Below, one piece after another: positions 50,108 through 63,900 of a stretch of DNA of 64,000 bases. How positions within the stretch are numbered: the stretch's first letter is position 1; every line of letters starts with the position of its first letter. The position numbers and the translations under genes are program-made. The notes beneath the pieces are model-generated. The model worked only from the letters and a program-made list of their open reading frames with translations, made no database searches and was not told where the DNA came from. The DNA lies in assembly GCA_964106915.2 (NCBI GenBank), contig OZ066923.1; one strand, given 5' to 3'. The DNA is from Podarcis gaigeae. Taxonomy: Eukaryota.

Positions 50108-52263
50108 AACTAGGCTTCCACGTTAACCTCTCCCAAGGCAGGCCAAACAAAAAAGAGGTCCATGTGTATTATGAAGGAACTGCAGCTGTTGTTGAGGAGG
50201 AAACAGATTTTTCATTTGTGCAGTAGGAAATTAGGAATTTAAATCTAACGTTTCTTGTACGTGGCACTTCAAAGAAGCTATGCAGATCCCTCTATGTTTT
50301 GAAGGTTGTTTTATGCAAATAATAATAATAAGGCCATTTATATAAAACTATATAGCATTATACGTCAAAGGGTTCAAGTTACTTCACACTTTTTCTATCA
50401 TTAATCTTTTTCTCATTAATCCTGTAAAATAGGTTAAGATTATTCCCGCATTGTAGATGTCAGCTCATTTTAAGAGATGATAGCTTGCCTTGTAGCTTCC
50501 TCTGAATTCATAGCAGAGGTGACATTTGGATTAGAGACATTTTCTTCACAGCCACTATGCTACAATAGCCCATGTGCATATGGCAGACATGAGCAGTGTG
50601 TAGGCCCAGGCACCTGGCTGGAAAATATCACAGCGACTTTGAAGCATCATGTTTACAGCGGCCCCTAGTTGTGAATTTCTAAGTTCCTCTATTCCTGAGA
50701 GAGACCTGGGCACCCCTGAATTTGGCATCATTTCAAAGAGGAGAAAACGCTTTAACAAACTGAAGCTTGTTGTAACCCAAAAATCTGAGAAAGGTGGAAT
50801 ATGTTAGCTGTTCTTGCCAGATCATCTTCTGGATCAGGGTTAGCCAACATGGCACTCTCCAGATGTTGTGGCCATTTAGCATGCTGTCTGGGACTGAAGG
50901 AAGCTGCAGTCTAAAACATCTGGAAAATGCCCTACTCCCTCCCTGCACTTATTATTCAGAATAACCCCCGTCACTGAAGGCATTTTAGGAAAGAAGAACC
51001 AGGTTTTTACAAGCTAGAAACTTAATTTTGCATAATAGAAAAGTGATGACTTGAGATTTGGCACCTGAGTTTTGCATGAATGTAGTTAGTGCATTTCTAA
51101 AACCTTTTGCTTCTGACAGCAGAGCTTACAGGACGGCTGCATACTGCCTTACCCAGTTGTGGCTGCTGACCAACTTGGACAAAATGTTGGATCCATTCGT
51201 TTCTGGCTACAGTAGTGCATAGCTCACAAATTTTGGTGTGACAGCTTTTATCCCTTTGCACTTCATCTTTAACTGTGTAGTGTGTGTAAATGCATACTTG
51301 TACAATAACTGTGAATAGGTACGTCTCTCCACCACACCAATATATGTTTGCACCAACGTGTTCCCAATTTGTACCTCCATTAAACATGCCACTGACTTCT
51401 GAGGTCTTTATTTTTATTCTGTGAATCGGCCTGAGATTATTCTGTGAACCGCCCTTAGACCTCCGGGCATGGTGGTATATAAATTCAATAAATAAATAAT
51501 ATAAATATATCTTGATAATGTTAACAGGGCAGTCATGGGAAATTGCATGATAGCTTGGGCAATTACAAAATATCATTTTTTAAAGAGGATGTTCCAAAAT
51601 GTTGCATCACGTAGCACCAATTCTTTTCGTCTCTGAGATGCTATATTCCAGCTTACCCAACCAGTGCTTGCTTTGGATAGTTGCGCAGACCAGCCAAAGT
51701 CTGGTAAACATATGCCAGATATAACTGTGCTTTGAAACTACTGCTTTGCAAGACAAAATGCACCCAACAGAAAACAAATCTGGTGTCATAGATTTTCAGA
51801 TATGATATAAGAGGTCACCCAAGCAATTTCAGGGCAAAAAATGTGTAAAGTGAACCTATTAAAAGTATCTGTGAGCTGAGCTACATGATCAGTAGTATAA
51901 TATAGTGCAACTCATGGTTGGCTTTACCATTTCAAATGCAAAAAGGTTTGAATGCTTCCATGTTTTGTTTAGGGTTGTTGTTTTTTTTTTTAAGTTCTAT
52001 ATAGTTTTCTCTCTGACATGCAAGGTTTAATATGCAAAGTGTGGTTTTATGAGGGCAGCATACAAACATACAGCACACCTCACTTTTAACTAGTGGTATA
52101 GTTCAGCAGAGTCTGCATCACATGATATTACTGTTTCTGTTGCTTAGATCTTCACACACAAAAGTGGACTTCTGAAGAGACCACAGTACACCTTAGAACT
52201 TGAACTTACATGGATCTGTTTTCTCCCCTACTCCCGTTTCTTTATGTATCATATTTATTCTAG

Positions 52264-52356
52264 CCCTGTGTGAGGAGAACGACTATGAAGATGAGGCAGG
52301 TACTGAGCCTGCAGAAGCTATTGAAGATGGGGACACAGGTGCAGAGTTGGATGATG
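52264..52356 (+). CDS. MICAL3: MICAL3 exon (ALCEENDYEDEAGTEPAEAIEDGDTGAELDD)
   Basis: ttctag| acceptor and G|gtatgg donor; 93 nt, phase 1/1; conserved GDTGAELDD. Confidence 0.93.
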
Positions 52357-52946
52357 GTATGGGACCATGAACTCCCTAGTGTGTCGTCAGACATAGTTTC
52401 TGTAGTACAAAGTCACGTCTCAAACGGGTGCAGTGGTGGTAGTTTGTGCAAGACTTAGCAAACCCCAAAACATTTGAGCTCAGTGCATGTGCTGTTTTAG
52501 CAGCGTGTGAATGTGTGTGGAGACAGTTGTAATTACAATTGTAATTTTTATTCATTTGAGGATTACCGGTGCTCAAGAAAGCTTCTGAGATGAGTGGAGA
52601 GAACCTATTGCTATCAATATTGACCTAGAGCTAGCCATATGCTAAATGGGTATACAAAAGTAATAAAGGATATGTTAATTATTCAGAGAATGTGCCAAGT
52701 CCTTCGCCAGCAGATTGTTTTAATGGGGGGCCATTTTGAGAATCAGATGCAGAAGTTGAGCCAGCCACCCTCCGTCCATCTGATTGCCTTCAAATCTTAC
52801 TGTCACAGCCACCATTTCCCTTCACTCATCTCTCTTGACTCTGGGTTGGCAAGGTGAAATCTTACCACAAAGACACTCTAGATTTGCATGTCAGATCCTT
52901 TAGTTTTTGTTCTTCTCCTTTCCTTGCAAAAAACAATGGGGAGCAG

Positions 52947-53099
52947 ATGACATCCCATCTGATGCAGAAGCAGAGTGCCGCTTGCATCAAGAAGAGGCAG
53001 AAGAACTAGAGCTGAAAGTCTCTGAAAAAGAAGAAGCAGAAGAAGAAGAAGAAGAAGAAGAAGAAGAAGAAACAGCTGCCCCTTCCATTGAGACAGAAG
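52947..53099 (+). CDS. MICAL3: MICAL3 exon (DDIPSDAEAECRLHQEEAEELELKVSEKEEAE11TAAPSIETE)
   Basis: GAGCAG tandem acceptor, so the start is 52944 or 52947; AAG|gtacca donor; phase 1/1; ELELKVSE motif. Confidence 0.88.
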
Positions 53100-53325
53100 G
53101 TACCAAAATTTAATCATCAAGTCTGACACCCCATGCAGTTTTGAGCAGTCTGCACTGCAGGCAGTACAGTATTCTCACACAATACATGGTTCTCATTATC
53201 ATTAAGTAAATCTGTGGCCAAATTGCCAGAGAACATTTGCTGCTCAGGGAATGCTTGCAGGTGGTTGCCATGAAGGTGTACACATGGGAAATGTTGTGTC
53301 AGGTTATGGGAATGATAGTCTAGGC

Positions 53326-53461
53326 CAGTGTTTCCCAACCTTGTGCCTCCAGATGTTTTTGGCCTACAACTCCCATCATCCCTGACCACTGGTCTTGCTA
53401 GCTAGGGATGATGGGAGTTGTAGGCCAAAAACATCTGGAGGCACAAGGTTGGGAAACACTG
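53326..53461. mobile_element. Palindromic hAT MITE, 136 bp
   Basis: Perfect 58-bp inverted arms with a 20-nt loop; perfect 8-bp duplication GTCTAGGC. Confidence 0.96.
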
Positions 53462-54414
53462 GTCTAGGCTGCTTTTTTAAAACCTGATTGGTCAAAAGCC
53501 CTAAAAGAAAAAGAATAAAAGGCCAAGGAATAATACTTGACATCTGACATTTTTATGGCAGCTGATCTTACTTGGATACTCAGGCTTCATAAGGGGGTAC
53601 TAGCTGGAGCCATGTTCACATTGGGGAGTCTTCTCGGTATGGGATACCTCTGTGGTGCTAGTTTCCATCAGTGGCTTCCTTTTGGCTCTATAGAAGGAGG
53701 ACTCCACAACTTACAGCTAACCATCTTAGACTGGCATGAGTCTTGTGGAAGCTGCTTCTGCTGTCTTGCCTTTGGGGTTTGTTAGTATCTTACCTGGAAA
53801 CGAAGGCTTCTCTTGTCATCTTCTGGCTTAATTTCCATCCTGCCCTTCCAGAATTTATGGAATTTGCTAATGCAAAATGTGGTGGTGACCACTAGCTTAC
53901 GTAGCTTTGAAGCAATTAGGCAAATGCATGGAAGACAGGGTTATCAATGACTATAAGCTACAATTAGTCTCTGTATCCTTCTTGTCCACTTCTCAGAGGC
54001 ATCTCAGAGGCCACTATGGGAAGCAGAATAGACTAGGATTAACCTTGTCTGGTCCAACTACCCTTTACTGCTAAACATATTTCTTTTTGACCTGTAATGA
54101 GCCACACCTCTACAAGACCTGTAATGAGTCACACCTCCCTCTCTACAAGCAGTGTAATATTTTAGCATCTAAAGCTACAATCCTGTGCATACCTATTTGT
54201 GAGTAATCTCTACTGATTTTAATAGTGCTTGCTGCCATCACATCAGGTTGCACCGATCATAGTACTGTGACTGTCTTGTATAACTGGGTGGAATGGTAGT
54301 GTTAAGTTAAGTACCAAGTTGACTATCTGGAAATAAGCAAGGAGGCGGCAGTAAACTCAGTGCACTTCATTTGGTTTAAAATAGTTATGGACTTTTTTGT
54401 TGGTTTTCCTTCAG

Positions 54415-54506
54415 ACCCTTGCAAGCTCTGTCTGCCTGATCAGTCACCGTGTGAAAGGGCTGCTCTGTCGACTCCAGCTGAAAACCACAAGGAAGAAGAA
54501 AAAGAA
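54415..54506 (+). CDS. MICAL3: MICAL3 exon (DPCKLCLPDQSPCERAALSTPAENHKEEEKE)
   Basis: ttccttcag| acceptor and GAA|gtaaga donor; 92 nt, phase 1/0, which is needed to join 53099 to 57087 in frame. Confidence 0.85.
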
Positions 54507-57086
54507 GTAAGAAAAGGGATTGTGATTTTCTTCATAGCTAATGCTTACGTACCCAGCTGAGTAAAATGTTAAAAGAGAAACTTGATCATAACCCCTGATT
54601 CCATATACAAAATATTTGTGAGCTTATTTTAAATTTTTATTTAAATTTTTATAATAGATTGGCTTGCAACGTAAATGCACGTGGAAGTGCTTCTCTCATT
54701 GAAACAGGACTGGCAAATAATTGGTTTGGAATCTCTGTATAAAAACAAGTTCCAAACATTCTGCCGTGAATATGCTTAGAACAAAAAATGGTGAAAAATT
54801 AATGGGAATGCGTTTTAAGAAAGTAATTGAGATAGCTGAAGCCACTGAATTTGTGAGAATGCTGCCTACATTATTTTTGGTACTTGGGGGAAAAATTCCA
54901 GAGTACAAAACAGAGGCATCATTTGTGAACACTGTGCTTTTGTACAAATAGTGGCTTTTAATAACAATATTTATTATTCATAAAGTTGCTCAACAGTCTA
55001 AAGACTATTTCAAAAATCAAGACAGGCCCTTCCCACACACTTAGAATCCTAGGATCACAAACCTACCTATGGAGAAGGTGTGATCTCATTCCTGTTGGTG
55101 CTCTCATTTTTGCTGTTTTTGCAAGCAAAGCCCACAGTGCATCCATATATTATTCTGTAAGGACACAGTACATATGCATTTAGAAAACACTACTCTTCAT
55201 TTGATTCACAAGAATTTATTTATTGAAATATTTATGTCCCATCCATCAACTAAATGTCTAGAGAACAACAGAAAATACACATCTTTCAGATGACTGCCCC
55301 GCCCCCACTGTAAATGCCTGAGTAAATAAAATCATTTTAAGCTAATGAAAGAAGGGCCAGTGCAAGACAGGAGGCCAGCTGGGACACCATCACAGTGAAG
55401 GCTCTCGTGTTATGGGTACAATTTGTGAGGCTGCTGACACCTTAGGTGTAGCCATGTTTTACTTTTGTACCTCATGCTCTGGAGTTTTCTTAGCTTTTTG
55501 AAAAGCTGATTTACTTTAGACGTTAAGAAACAGCTTGCTGCTTAATTAAAAGCAGTACTTTTAATTGGCTATATTCTGTGACAAGCGGGGTGGGCGGTGG
55601 CAGAATGAGACTTTCTCTTTATTCTTTCCCATAGATTTGTAGGTAAAAGACTCATTTCCCAGAATCTTCTTTACTTCAGTCTGTTGCAGGACAATTTTCC
55701 AACTTATTCAGAGCTGAGTCAGTCATTCCTTGAGGATGTGTCAGAAGTCAACAATCATCTTTGCTGGCACTTCGTGTGACTTGAACTAGTGTTATGAAAT
55801 ACAATCCGTGTGTCTTGTTGTTTTTTTAGCACAACATAAATGCTTAAATTCAAAAAAATACAGAACAAGAATGACAATCGTTAGTGACACAATGTCCAAA
55901 AAGTACACAGTGATCTAAATAGATATAAAAGTAATGCTGTCATAATGCCTGAAGAAGGAATAACTCATATTGGCTAGTACTGTAGTCCTTATTCATGGTC
56001 CTTATTCACCAGCTGTCTGTCTGTTCTGCCCTTAGATCTGCATCATATTACTGAATCTGTTGAGAGCTAGGGTTGTGAATTAAATTCTAACAGTGGAAAG
56101 TACCTAGCGTTGCATGGGAATTCTTAGAAACAAGATCCTCCCTGATATATATAACTGGAAAATGTGATTTGTTACAAGGGCTGTGTATGCTCCCCAGTCC
56201 TGCCCCAAATCAATTCAGGAGGCTGGGTTAATATTTTGGTTCTTTTAGATCCTATGCAACTTGGGCAGGGAAGGAGAAATTGTTTCTTCTTTCTTGCTTC
56301 CCCAACTGCACTGCAGAATGCAGAAGTGTTCAGTCTTGCTGGGTTCTTCTTCAACAGCATACTTCTTGCTGGGAACAGATCACTCTACTCAGCGAAACTT
56401 CACCCTTGGTGGACAACTAGTGTATGTGCCAGGTCTGTTTGCCACCTTCCCTCTCCCATGTCAATGCCCCCAACGTGTCTTAGCTCAGTTTAGACCCAGG
56501 CGTCCCTGCTGCCGCTGCCACCACCACCACCAACGATGCCACACCACTTTATTCTATGGCCGCTTCTTACTCAGCTAGTGTTGCTGTTGCTACCACCAGT
56601 ATATTGCTGGCAGCGGCTGCCTGAGCCGGACCCACGTCACAACCACTGCCACAAACAAACTTCTGCATCAGCCATCACCATGGGGGCAATAACCAAGTAT
56701 GAGAAACCAACCTGCAACATGGGGACAGTTCTTCTGTCCTCCTCTCCCCCATGGTTAGGTTCTCTTCCCGCTTAGGACCTTTGCAGTCTTGGCCACCCAT
56801 TTTTCAATCCTGCTTGGGTCTACTTGCCCAGTACTTTCCCTGTAGGTGACACACTCGCAATCCAGATCCCTGCAGCCAGCAATACTGCATCCTCTGGCCA
56901 GTGCCTCATATGAGCAGAGTGTGCACACTAGAATGTTTCCCAGAATTGCTCGTAACAATCTAGGGGTCTGTGGCAAACATGGAGCAGCTGGTATATGTAC
57001 TAAGTTTGGAACTCCTTGGTCTAGAACCTGCTGGTGGGTGTTTTGTTCCACTGATGATGCTCTGTGTTTTATATCTGTCTGTGTAG

Positions 57087-58944
57087 GACTCAAAGGAGCT
57101 TCTTGCAACAGCGCCCTGCAAAGATGAATCCCCCGATGTACGTTTTTTCCCTGAACCGTTCCTCCCAGGAGAGGAAGCACAAGTCAAGATCTGTGATGAC
57201 CAAAAAGTCAAAAGCCCACCTGCACCACTCTCTCCAATACGGTCCCAGCCAGTTGCAATGCCTGAGACCATCACACCAGCATCACCTGTGAAATTGCAGC
57301 CAGCAACTCCTGCAGCACCTGCATCTCCACCTGCCACCCCCTTGCCTATTTGTTCACAGCCTTTACCCTCTGGTGAAGCATCCATTCAATCTCCAGGGGA
57401 ACCTGTGTGTTTCCAACCAGTCCCAGCCTTAACCTCCACTCCTTTGGCCAAGCTTGCCCTAAAAAATCAAGATGGAGAGATGGAAAAATTGGGGAGCCCT
57501 ACCACAGCAGAAGAAGCTTTGAAAAGGAATAATCTTGTGGAGGAGTTCTGGATGAAGAGTGCTGAAATCCGGAGGAGTTTGGGTCTCACCCCTGTGAACA
57601 GAAGCAGGGGACCAGAGCCAAGCTTTACCATTTCCCCCCTTGAGTCTGCCCCCCTGAAAACATACACCCCTGAGCGTATTTCAGAAGAGAAGGGGATCCA
57701 CATTGTAAAACCTCAGTCAGCCTCAAAGAAGCCAGTCACAGCGAAGCTAGACAGTGAGCAGTTTTCTTTGCTGACTCCAAAATCCCCATCAGAGAGAGAG
57801 CTGAAAAATTTGAGTGATGTTAAGAGAGAGCTGTCCAGCAGTTCTGGACTGGGTCTTCAGGGCAGTTCATCAAACATGAGAACATTGGCCAGCCAGAGTT
57901 TCAACACTTCTGATTCCACCATGCTCACTCCTCCATCCAGCCCTCCTCCTCCACCACCTCAAAACGAAGAGCCAGCAACGCTGCGAAGAAAAAGGCACCA
58001 GGCAACTTGGCAGAATGAGGCTGAGTCTAAGCCGGCTTCTATGCAAACACCTCACCCGCCGCCAGCAGCCAATGAAAGGATCCGGCCAGCCAGGGAACCA
58101 TCCCAGCCCTCCAGAGAGGAGGTACGGAAATCATTTGTGGAGAGTGTAGATGAGATACCATTTGCCGATGACGTGGAGGACACTTACGATGAGAGGACTG
58201 AGGATTCGAGCATCCATGAAAAATATTACACGCCCCCCAGTAGACCGAGGCCAGAGAAGTCTCTTCACCTACATTTTGTTAAAGAGAATGGTGGGCCACC
58301 ATCAATGGAAGGGGGGAGCCAGCAAAAGAGAGGCTTCCCTCAAGTCTCTGCAGAAGCGAAGGAGCTAGCGGAGGAAAGAATGAGAGCCAGAGAGAAGTCC
58401 ATTAAGAGCCAGGCCTTACGCGATGCCATGGCTAAGCAGCTATGCAAGATGAAAGAGCTGGAGATGGCCAATGCTGCTGGCGCTGCCAAGTTGCACAAGG
58501 CATCTACCATGCCTTCAAAGACCAAAGAGCTGTATTTTGAATCCCAGAAGCATTTGGGTATGAAAGCTGGCGAAGGCCCCACGCTGAAACACGAGGCTAG
58601 TAGTGACAGGTTCTTTTCACCCTTTGCAGACACCAGTGGGCGTGATGGGTCAGTCACATCCTCAGAAGGCTCTGGAGGGAAGAGTAAGAAAAGGACTTCT
58701 CTCTTCTCCCCCCGCAAGAACAAAAAGGAGAAGAAGTCCAAGAATGACAGCAAGCTCTCTGACAAATCCAGCAGTGCGGCTGAGGAAGCCACGAAGCCCA
58801 AATCACTGTGGAAGTCTGTGTTCTCTGGCTATAAGAAAGACAAGAAGAAAAAGACAGATGACAAATCCTGCCCTAGTACACCTTCCAGTGGCGCCACGGT
58901 GGATTCTGGGAAGCATAAGGCGTCTCCAATAGTTAGAGCAGCAG
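57087..58944 (+). CDS. MICAL3: MICAL3 large Pro/Ser-rich exon, 1858 nt
   Basis: gtgtag| acceptor in frame with ORF 57258-59018; CAG|gtatag donor. Motifs LVEEFWMKSAEIRRSLGLTP, RKSFVESVDEIPFADDVEDTYD, KSQALRDAM, KSLWKSVFSGYKKDKKKK. Confidence 0.97.
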
Positions 58945-60374
58945 GTATAGTGTCACTGACTGCATTCTTTAGTGTACCTGAAAATCTTTTGCAGATTTCT
59001 TCCATACACAGAATATGAGCCCAAGAGATATTTGAGCAATGTAACCTGTGATTTGGGAGGTGATTAGGGGGGGGGGGGGAGGAAGAGATAAGCATAAAAA
59101 AGCAGAAGAGGAACAAGGAAAGCATGAAAAAATAGTATTTTACAAAAGCATGGGATTTCTAGTTTTAGCTTGAGGAATAGGAATATGTGTTCCTCTGGAT
59201 GTTCATGTGCCACAGTTCCAAGCAGTCATGGATGGTATCTGGCGAACAACACACCACAAGCTCCCTTTGAAGTGATGTATGCAAGGCACATGTATATTTT
59301 CTGTGGGTGCTTTCAGGGACTCCTTCAATTCTTGCAACCTCTTTCTCTTTTAAAAATGAAATTGTTGAAACAGCTTTCTTGTGGGAGGCCTGATTGGGGG
59401 GGGGGGGCAATTGCTCTGATGATGATTGAGAATTAGTCCCCTACTCCTAAGCAGCATATTCACAGACATGCACATTTGGGGGAGGGGTACACAGCTACCC
59501 AGTGGTATCGCTGTTCCCTGCCTAACTGGGAGCATCTGTTTTATCCAAGTGCCCCAAATGGGCTACAAAAGATCCCATGCGTGGCCTAGTTTTGTGAGGC
59601 ATGACTGGACACATTCATGAGTTTCCATTTTGCTGCAACACCCAGACTCTAGGGATATTTGTATCAGCAGCAGTGTTAGGCTTGATGTATGAGTCATCGT
59701 TTTCTCCCCCAGTTCCCATCTCAAGCCTGGTGAAGTCAGTATGAACAGTCTGCTTCATTTTCAACCAGGCTTGGGAGTTTAGGATTAGGTGCATCTGGTT
59801 CTGTGCCCTGCTCTTATTTTAAGCCACTTGGACAAATCCGTTTGAAGGATAGTGTTCTGAGTGGTCTGATGGTTTTCTTTCTCATAAATTGTCTGACTCA
59901 GTTTATAACTTTTAAAATAGCAGGTTGATTATCTGGAGAATAAGTAATAAAGGTGCCTCAGATGAAATCAGAAATATTCAGCAACTTGCAGCTTGAGGCC
60001 CAGCTCATAAACTTCCATTCCAGTTGCAACAGTATTGACCTAATTGGTAGCATACCTTCCAGATAACTTGCTTGGCATGGAAATAATAAGTCCCAGCTGT
60101 TCTTCAAGGAACATCTACACTGCTTTTGGAAGAAAAATATTGAAGAAGTATAAATCAAGGCATCTGAGAAAGTTACTAGTGGAGGTGCAAAAAGGCCACA
60201 CTCCTAGATCTTCCGCAGATTATTATAATTAATACCAGCAGCACGATATCTCTTTCCCATGTCATAGGAGAGGAGGGATGTAGTCTTACTGTAGGTAAAA
60301 CAGGGACAGATAAACCTGGTGTGTATTTGCTTTCTTCCACCGAACTCATAGATGCATAAACACACACTCCTTTT

Positions 60375-60517
60375 TATCTTCACAACAACAACCCTGTGAG
60401 ATAGGCTAGGTGAGTACCTCAAGGTCACCCAGTGAACTTCATGACCAAGTGAGGATTTGAACGTGTCTCTCCCCAGTTCCTGCCCAACACTGTAACCACT
60501 GCACCACCATGGCTCTC
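60375..60517 (-). mobile_element. Old tRNA/CORE-type SINE remnant
   Basis: caaggtcacccag...ggatttgaac...taaccactgcaccac.atggctctc, a diverged relative of the 7301 SINE. Confidence 0.6.
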
Positions 60518-60807
60518 AGTGATGTGGTTAGAAATAAATTTAGTAGTGACCAGGGAGGAGAAATGTGTCCTTCAGCATTAAAGAAATTGAGCACACAGAT
60601 GTCAAAGAACATCATTAAAAATGGGGAGGGGGAATCACAAACGGCCAGGGCATTGCTCCAGGAGAAAGGGGTAGCTGCTCTAGACAATGTAGCACAGTGG
60701 GTGGCATGTTCTTTTTTTCAGACTTCAAGAGACTCATCATCTAAGTTCATTATGATGCCAGCTGCTCCTCTGGCTGTGTCATCTGATTTGTTTCTTTACC
60801 ATCGCAG

Positions 60808-60902
60808 ATTTGCAACTACGTCGACACTTAAGCTTCTCTGAGGACTCTGACCTCTCCAACGATGACGTCTTAGAGCGCTCTTCACAGAGATCCAAGCGAG
60901 AG
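60808..60902 (+). CDS. MICAL3: MICAL3 exon (DLQLRRHLSFSEDSDLSNDDVLERSSQRSKRE)
   Basis: atcgcag| acceptor and GAG|gtaaga donor; 95 nt, phase 1/0. Matches recalled ELQLRRQLSFSEDSDLSSDDVLE. Confidence 0.96.
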
Positions 60903-63900
60903 GTAAGATTAAACTGGGTGGGAAATGTTGAGCTAGCTGTGCTCTTTCATAGTCAAGTTAAATAATAAAACCTTAGGAAAGCTGAAGTGATTAATGTTTA
61001 ATATTTCCTATTAATTTACTTTATCTGGGCTGGAAGAAACCTGCAGACAAAAGCCCACTTTTGGATATATCTGGAATTATACTGTAAAAACTCAGTGTTT
61101 ATGAAGAACATTGCTTTTCACATCTATTAATAACTATATATGGTATCTACACAGATCAGATGATCTGCCTATCTATACAAACACACTTTTAGCAAATGTC
61201 GGAACTGTGACATGCATATTTAGCACGCTGACCACTTGATTGCTTTATATCAGTTGTCCATTGGGGTATAGAACAAACACATTGATCCAGAAATATAGGT
61301 CCTCCTGAGGAATCCTCACTTTTGGCCTGAAATGCTGGATCTCTTTCCTAAATGATTCCACTGGCTATGTCTCAATCTCAGTTGTGTGATCTGTAGCATC
61401 AGTTTACCATCTCACGTTGCTCCTATTGAGAATGAGATGCAGCTTGCAAAGCTGGTATGTTTGTTCCAGTTGTTGTTCCTTTGATGTGTACTGGGAATGG
61501 CTTGTATGGTTTAAACCTCATGACAAACCATATCACTGGTTTAGAACTCAGTTTCCAAGCTTTATGGGAAAGTCACTACCTCATCAAAGAGGTGCTAAGT
61601 TCCTTGCACTGTTCAGTTTTGTGACAGCGAAGAACACCCTACAAGCGCTGTTTCAAATGGCAAGATGGAGGTCTTATTTGCAAGTATGATTATTTGCATG
61701 TCGAGCAAATAATCTGTAGTTTTTCCTGCTAAAAGATCTGCTTGTGAGTAAGCACTCCAACTGGCCACTTTATCTTGGATGATAAATTACAGCTCAGGCA
61801 GCTGTCCAAGAATGATGATGTAAGCTTGTAAATGTGACTGTCTTTCATACTCAGACGCTGAGTTTCTTCCCATGTTTAACATACCTATATTTGAGCTGTT
61901 GTTTTTTATTGGACCCTTCCCTGCCCCCCAACTTCCCAAATGCTTGCCTTCAGGATTTTCCTGGCAGGTTCCACATTACATCTGGGATGCAAAGGAATGA
62001 GGAGGTACCTGGGGATGCTGGAAACAGCATCATGGGAGAGGGTAGTAGTAACAATGTGGTGGGTTCTGATAAGTCATGAAGCACTTACTTATTCATATCT
62101 GCATAGACCAGATGTTGTGGGATTCCCACTTCTACCTTCCCCAGCCAACATAGGCAGTAGACAGGGAGGGTGGGAGTTGCAGCCCAGCAACATCTGTAGG
62201 GCCTTGGTACCCAATCCCTGGCTTAGAGTCCTGAAGCTGCCTCAACATTCATATAGCTGCTTAGCATGGATTGGTTAGCACTTCTGCCACATCTGATTCA
62301 CACAGGTGGCCAACATGTGATGAAGAGTGAGAATTACTTCACCTCTAAATAGCCATTGGAGTGCTTGATGGTTGTTTTGTTGTGTATTTTGAATATTGCA
62401 GACATTCCAGGTATCTTAATCAACAGCAAAGAACTGTTATTAATATGCATTGAGAGTTGTATCAAGAAGGAATATGTACTGAAAGAGTAGGAGTAATTGG
62501 TCATTTTACCAATCTTAACTCCTCCAGTTACATGAATGAAAGGATGGTTAAACATTCCATGGACCAACTAATCCTCTCCAGTTCTGATATTGAGCTGGGG
62601 TGCATAAAACAAAGCGGCTCCCTTATGTCAGTAGAGAGATCAGGAGCAGGCTGCAGGATTGTTGTGTCAGTGACAATACATGGCTTGACTGCAGTGAAGG
62701 AGAGAGGGGAGCAGCTGTGAGGAAGAAATACACAATTGCAGTCTGTTACCCATTGCTTAGTTGTAGTTCATAGAGCCACCTTTGCTCTTCACTGCCCCAG
62801 TGTGATGTCTTCCGTGCTGGTGAGTTGTGAGAACAGAAATGGCAGGGTGTTGTGGGATGGTCTTAATTTGATTACTAATCTGGAATACAAGGGCATGGTC
62901 TTGTGTGTACCTCCTGAGCCAGTATTTTCTTCTCTCTGCTACATGACCGATCATGAACTGCTTATAGACCAAAACCCAGCAGCTAGCGCTCTTGTTGCAA
63001 TACCATATCCTCTTCCCAAAGGTTGCCTGTTTGATGTGGTTTACTGTAATGTTTGTGATTAGCTCTTTAGTTTTGTCTGCTGTCTAACACTAGAAGCAGC
63101 TTCTAAATAAATGCTGGTATAGCTTGCTGTGGGATATGTGCTTCTTGGAGCTTTGGTCAGTGTATGTGTGTATGTGCTGAGGTTGTAAAATATTTGATAT
63201 ACTTAGTATCTGGCTGTTCATTCAAGGATATATTTCCTTCTCTGGTAGCCTGCTGAAGGCTGAGGTTTTGTCTAAAGCAGGGGTCCCCAACTGTCATGCC
63301 TGTTATGGTCATGGAGGACCCCTCCTAGTTACAAAACAGATCAACCTTTGGCCTGGTCCACTAGGCTTTTCTTATGCTCTTATGCTAAGGGGGATGTTTG
63401 ACACTGTGGGTTTCATATTGGAGGACCCAAAGTCTAAACTCTGGTTGCACTTCAGTTTCCCCTTCATGTTTATTCATTTATTTAATGAAAATTAAGCGCA
63501 CTGTGAAAGTACTGAAAGGCAGAGTGACATGTGTGCTTTAAGCAATTCCATAAAAGGTACCATACAATTGCAAAAAAAAAAAAAAAAATCTGGGCACAAA
63601 ATTCAGTGTTCTGAAAAATCACATTTCATTTAAAAAAAAGAGTGACACTTATAGCCTATGAAACGGGGAAACTCTGGTTTATTAGCTGCTGCTGGACACC
63701 ATTCATCCCTGTCCTTTGGCTGAGCTGCCTGGGACTGATGGGAGTTGTAGTCCAACAATTTCTGGAGGGCTGTAGTTCCCCCGTTCCTGCTATAACACTT
63801 CTGAGATGGGTAATGCCTTAGGGAGGAGCAAGGTTTTCCAGGGTAATTGACCGGGCTGCAATGGCCTGTTTGGCTCTTTGTCCTGCATAACTAACCAAAG

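Noticed and set aside
54088-54137. Short local duplications (also near 5650, 7182, 22389, 29390 and 55984)
   Set aside because: Ordinary slippage duplications of 10-25 bp.
57467-59125. Antisense and alternative-frame ORFs over the large exon
   Set aside because: Shadow ORFs of the MICAL3 coding sequence.
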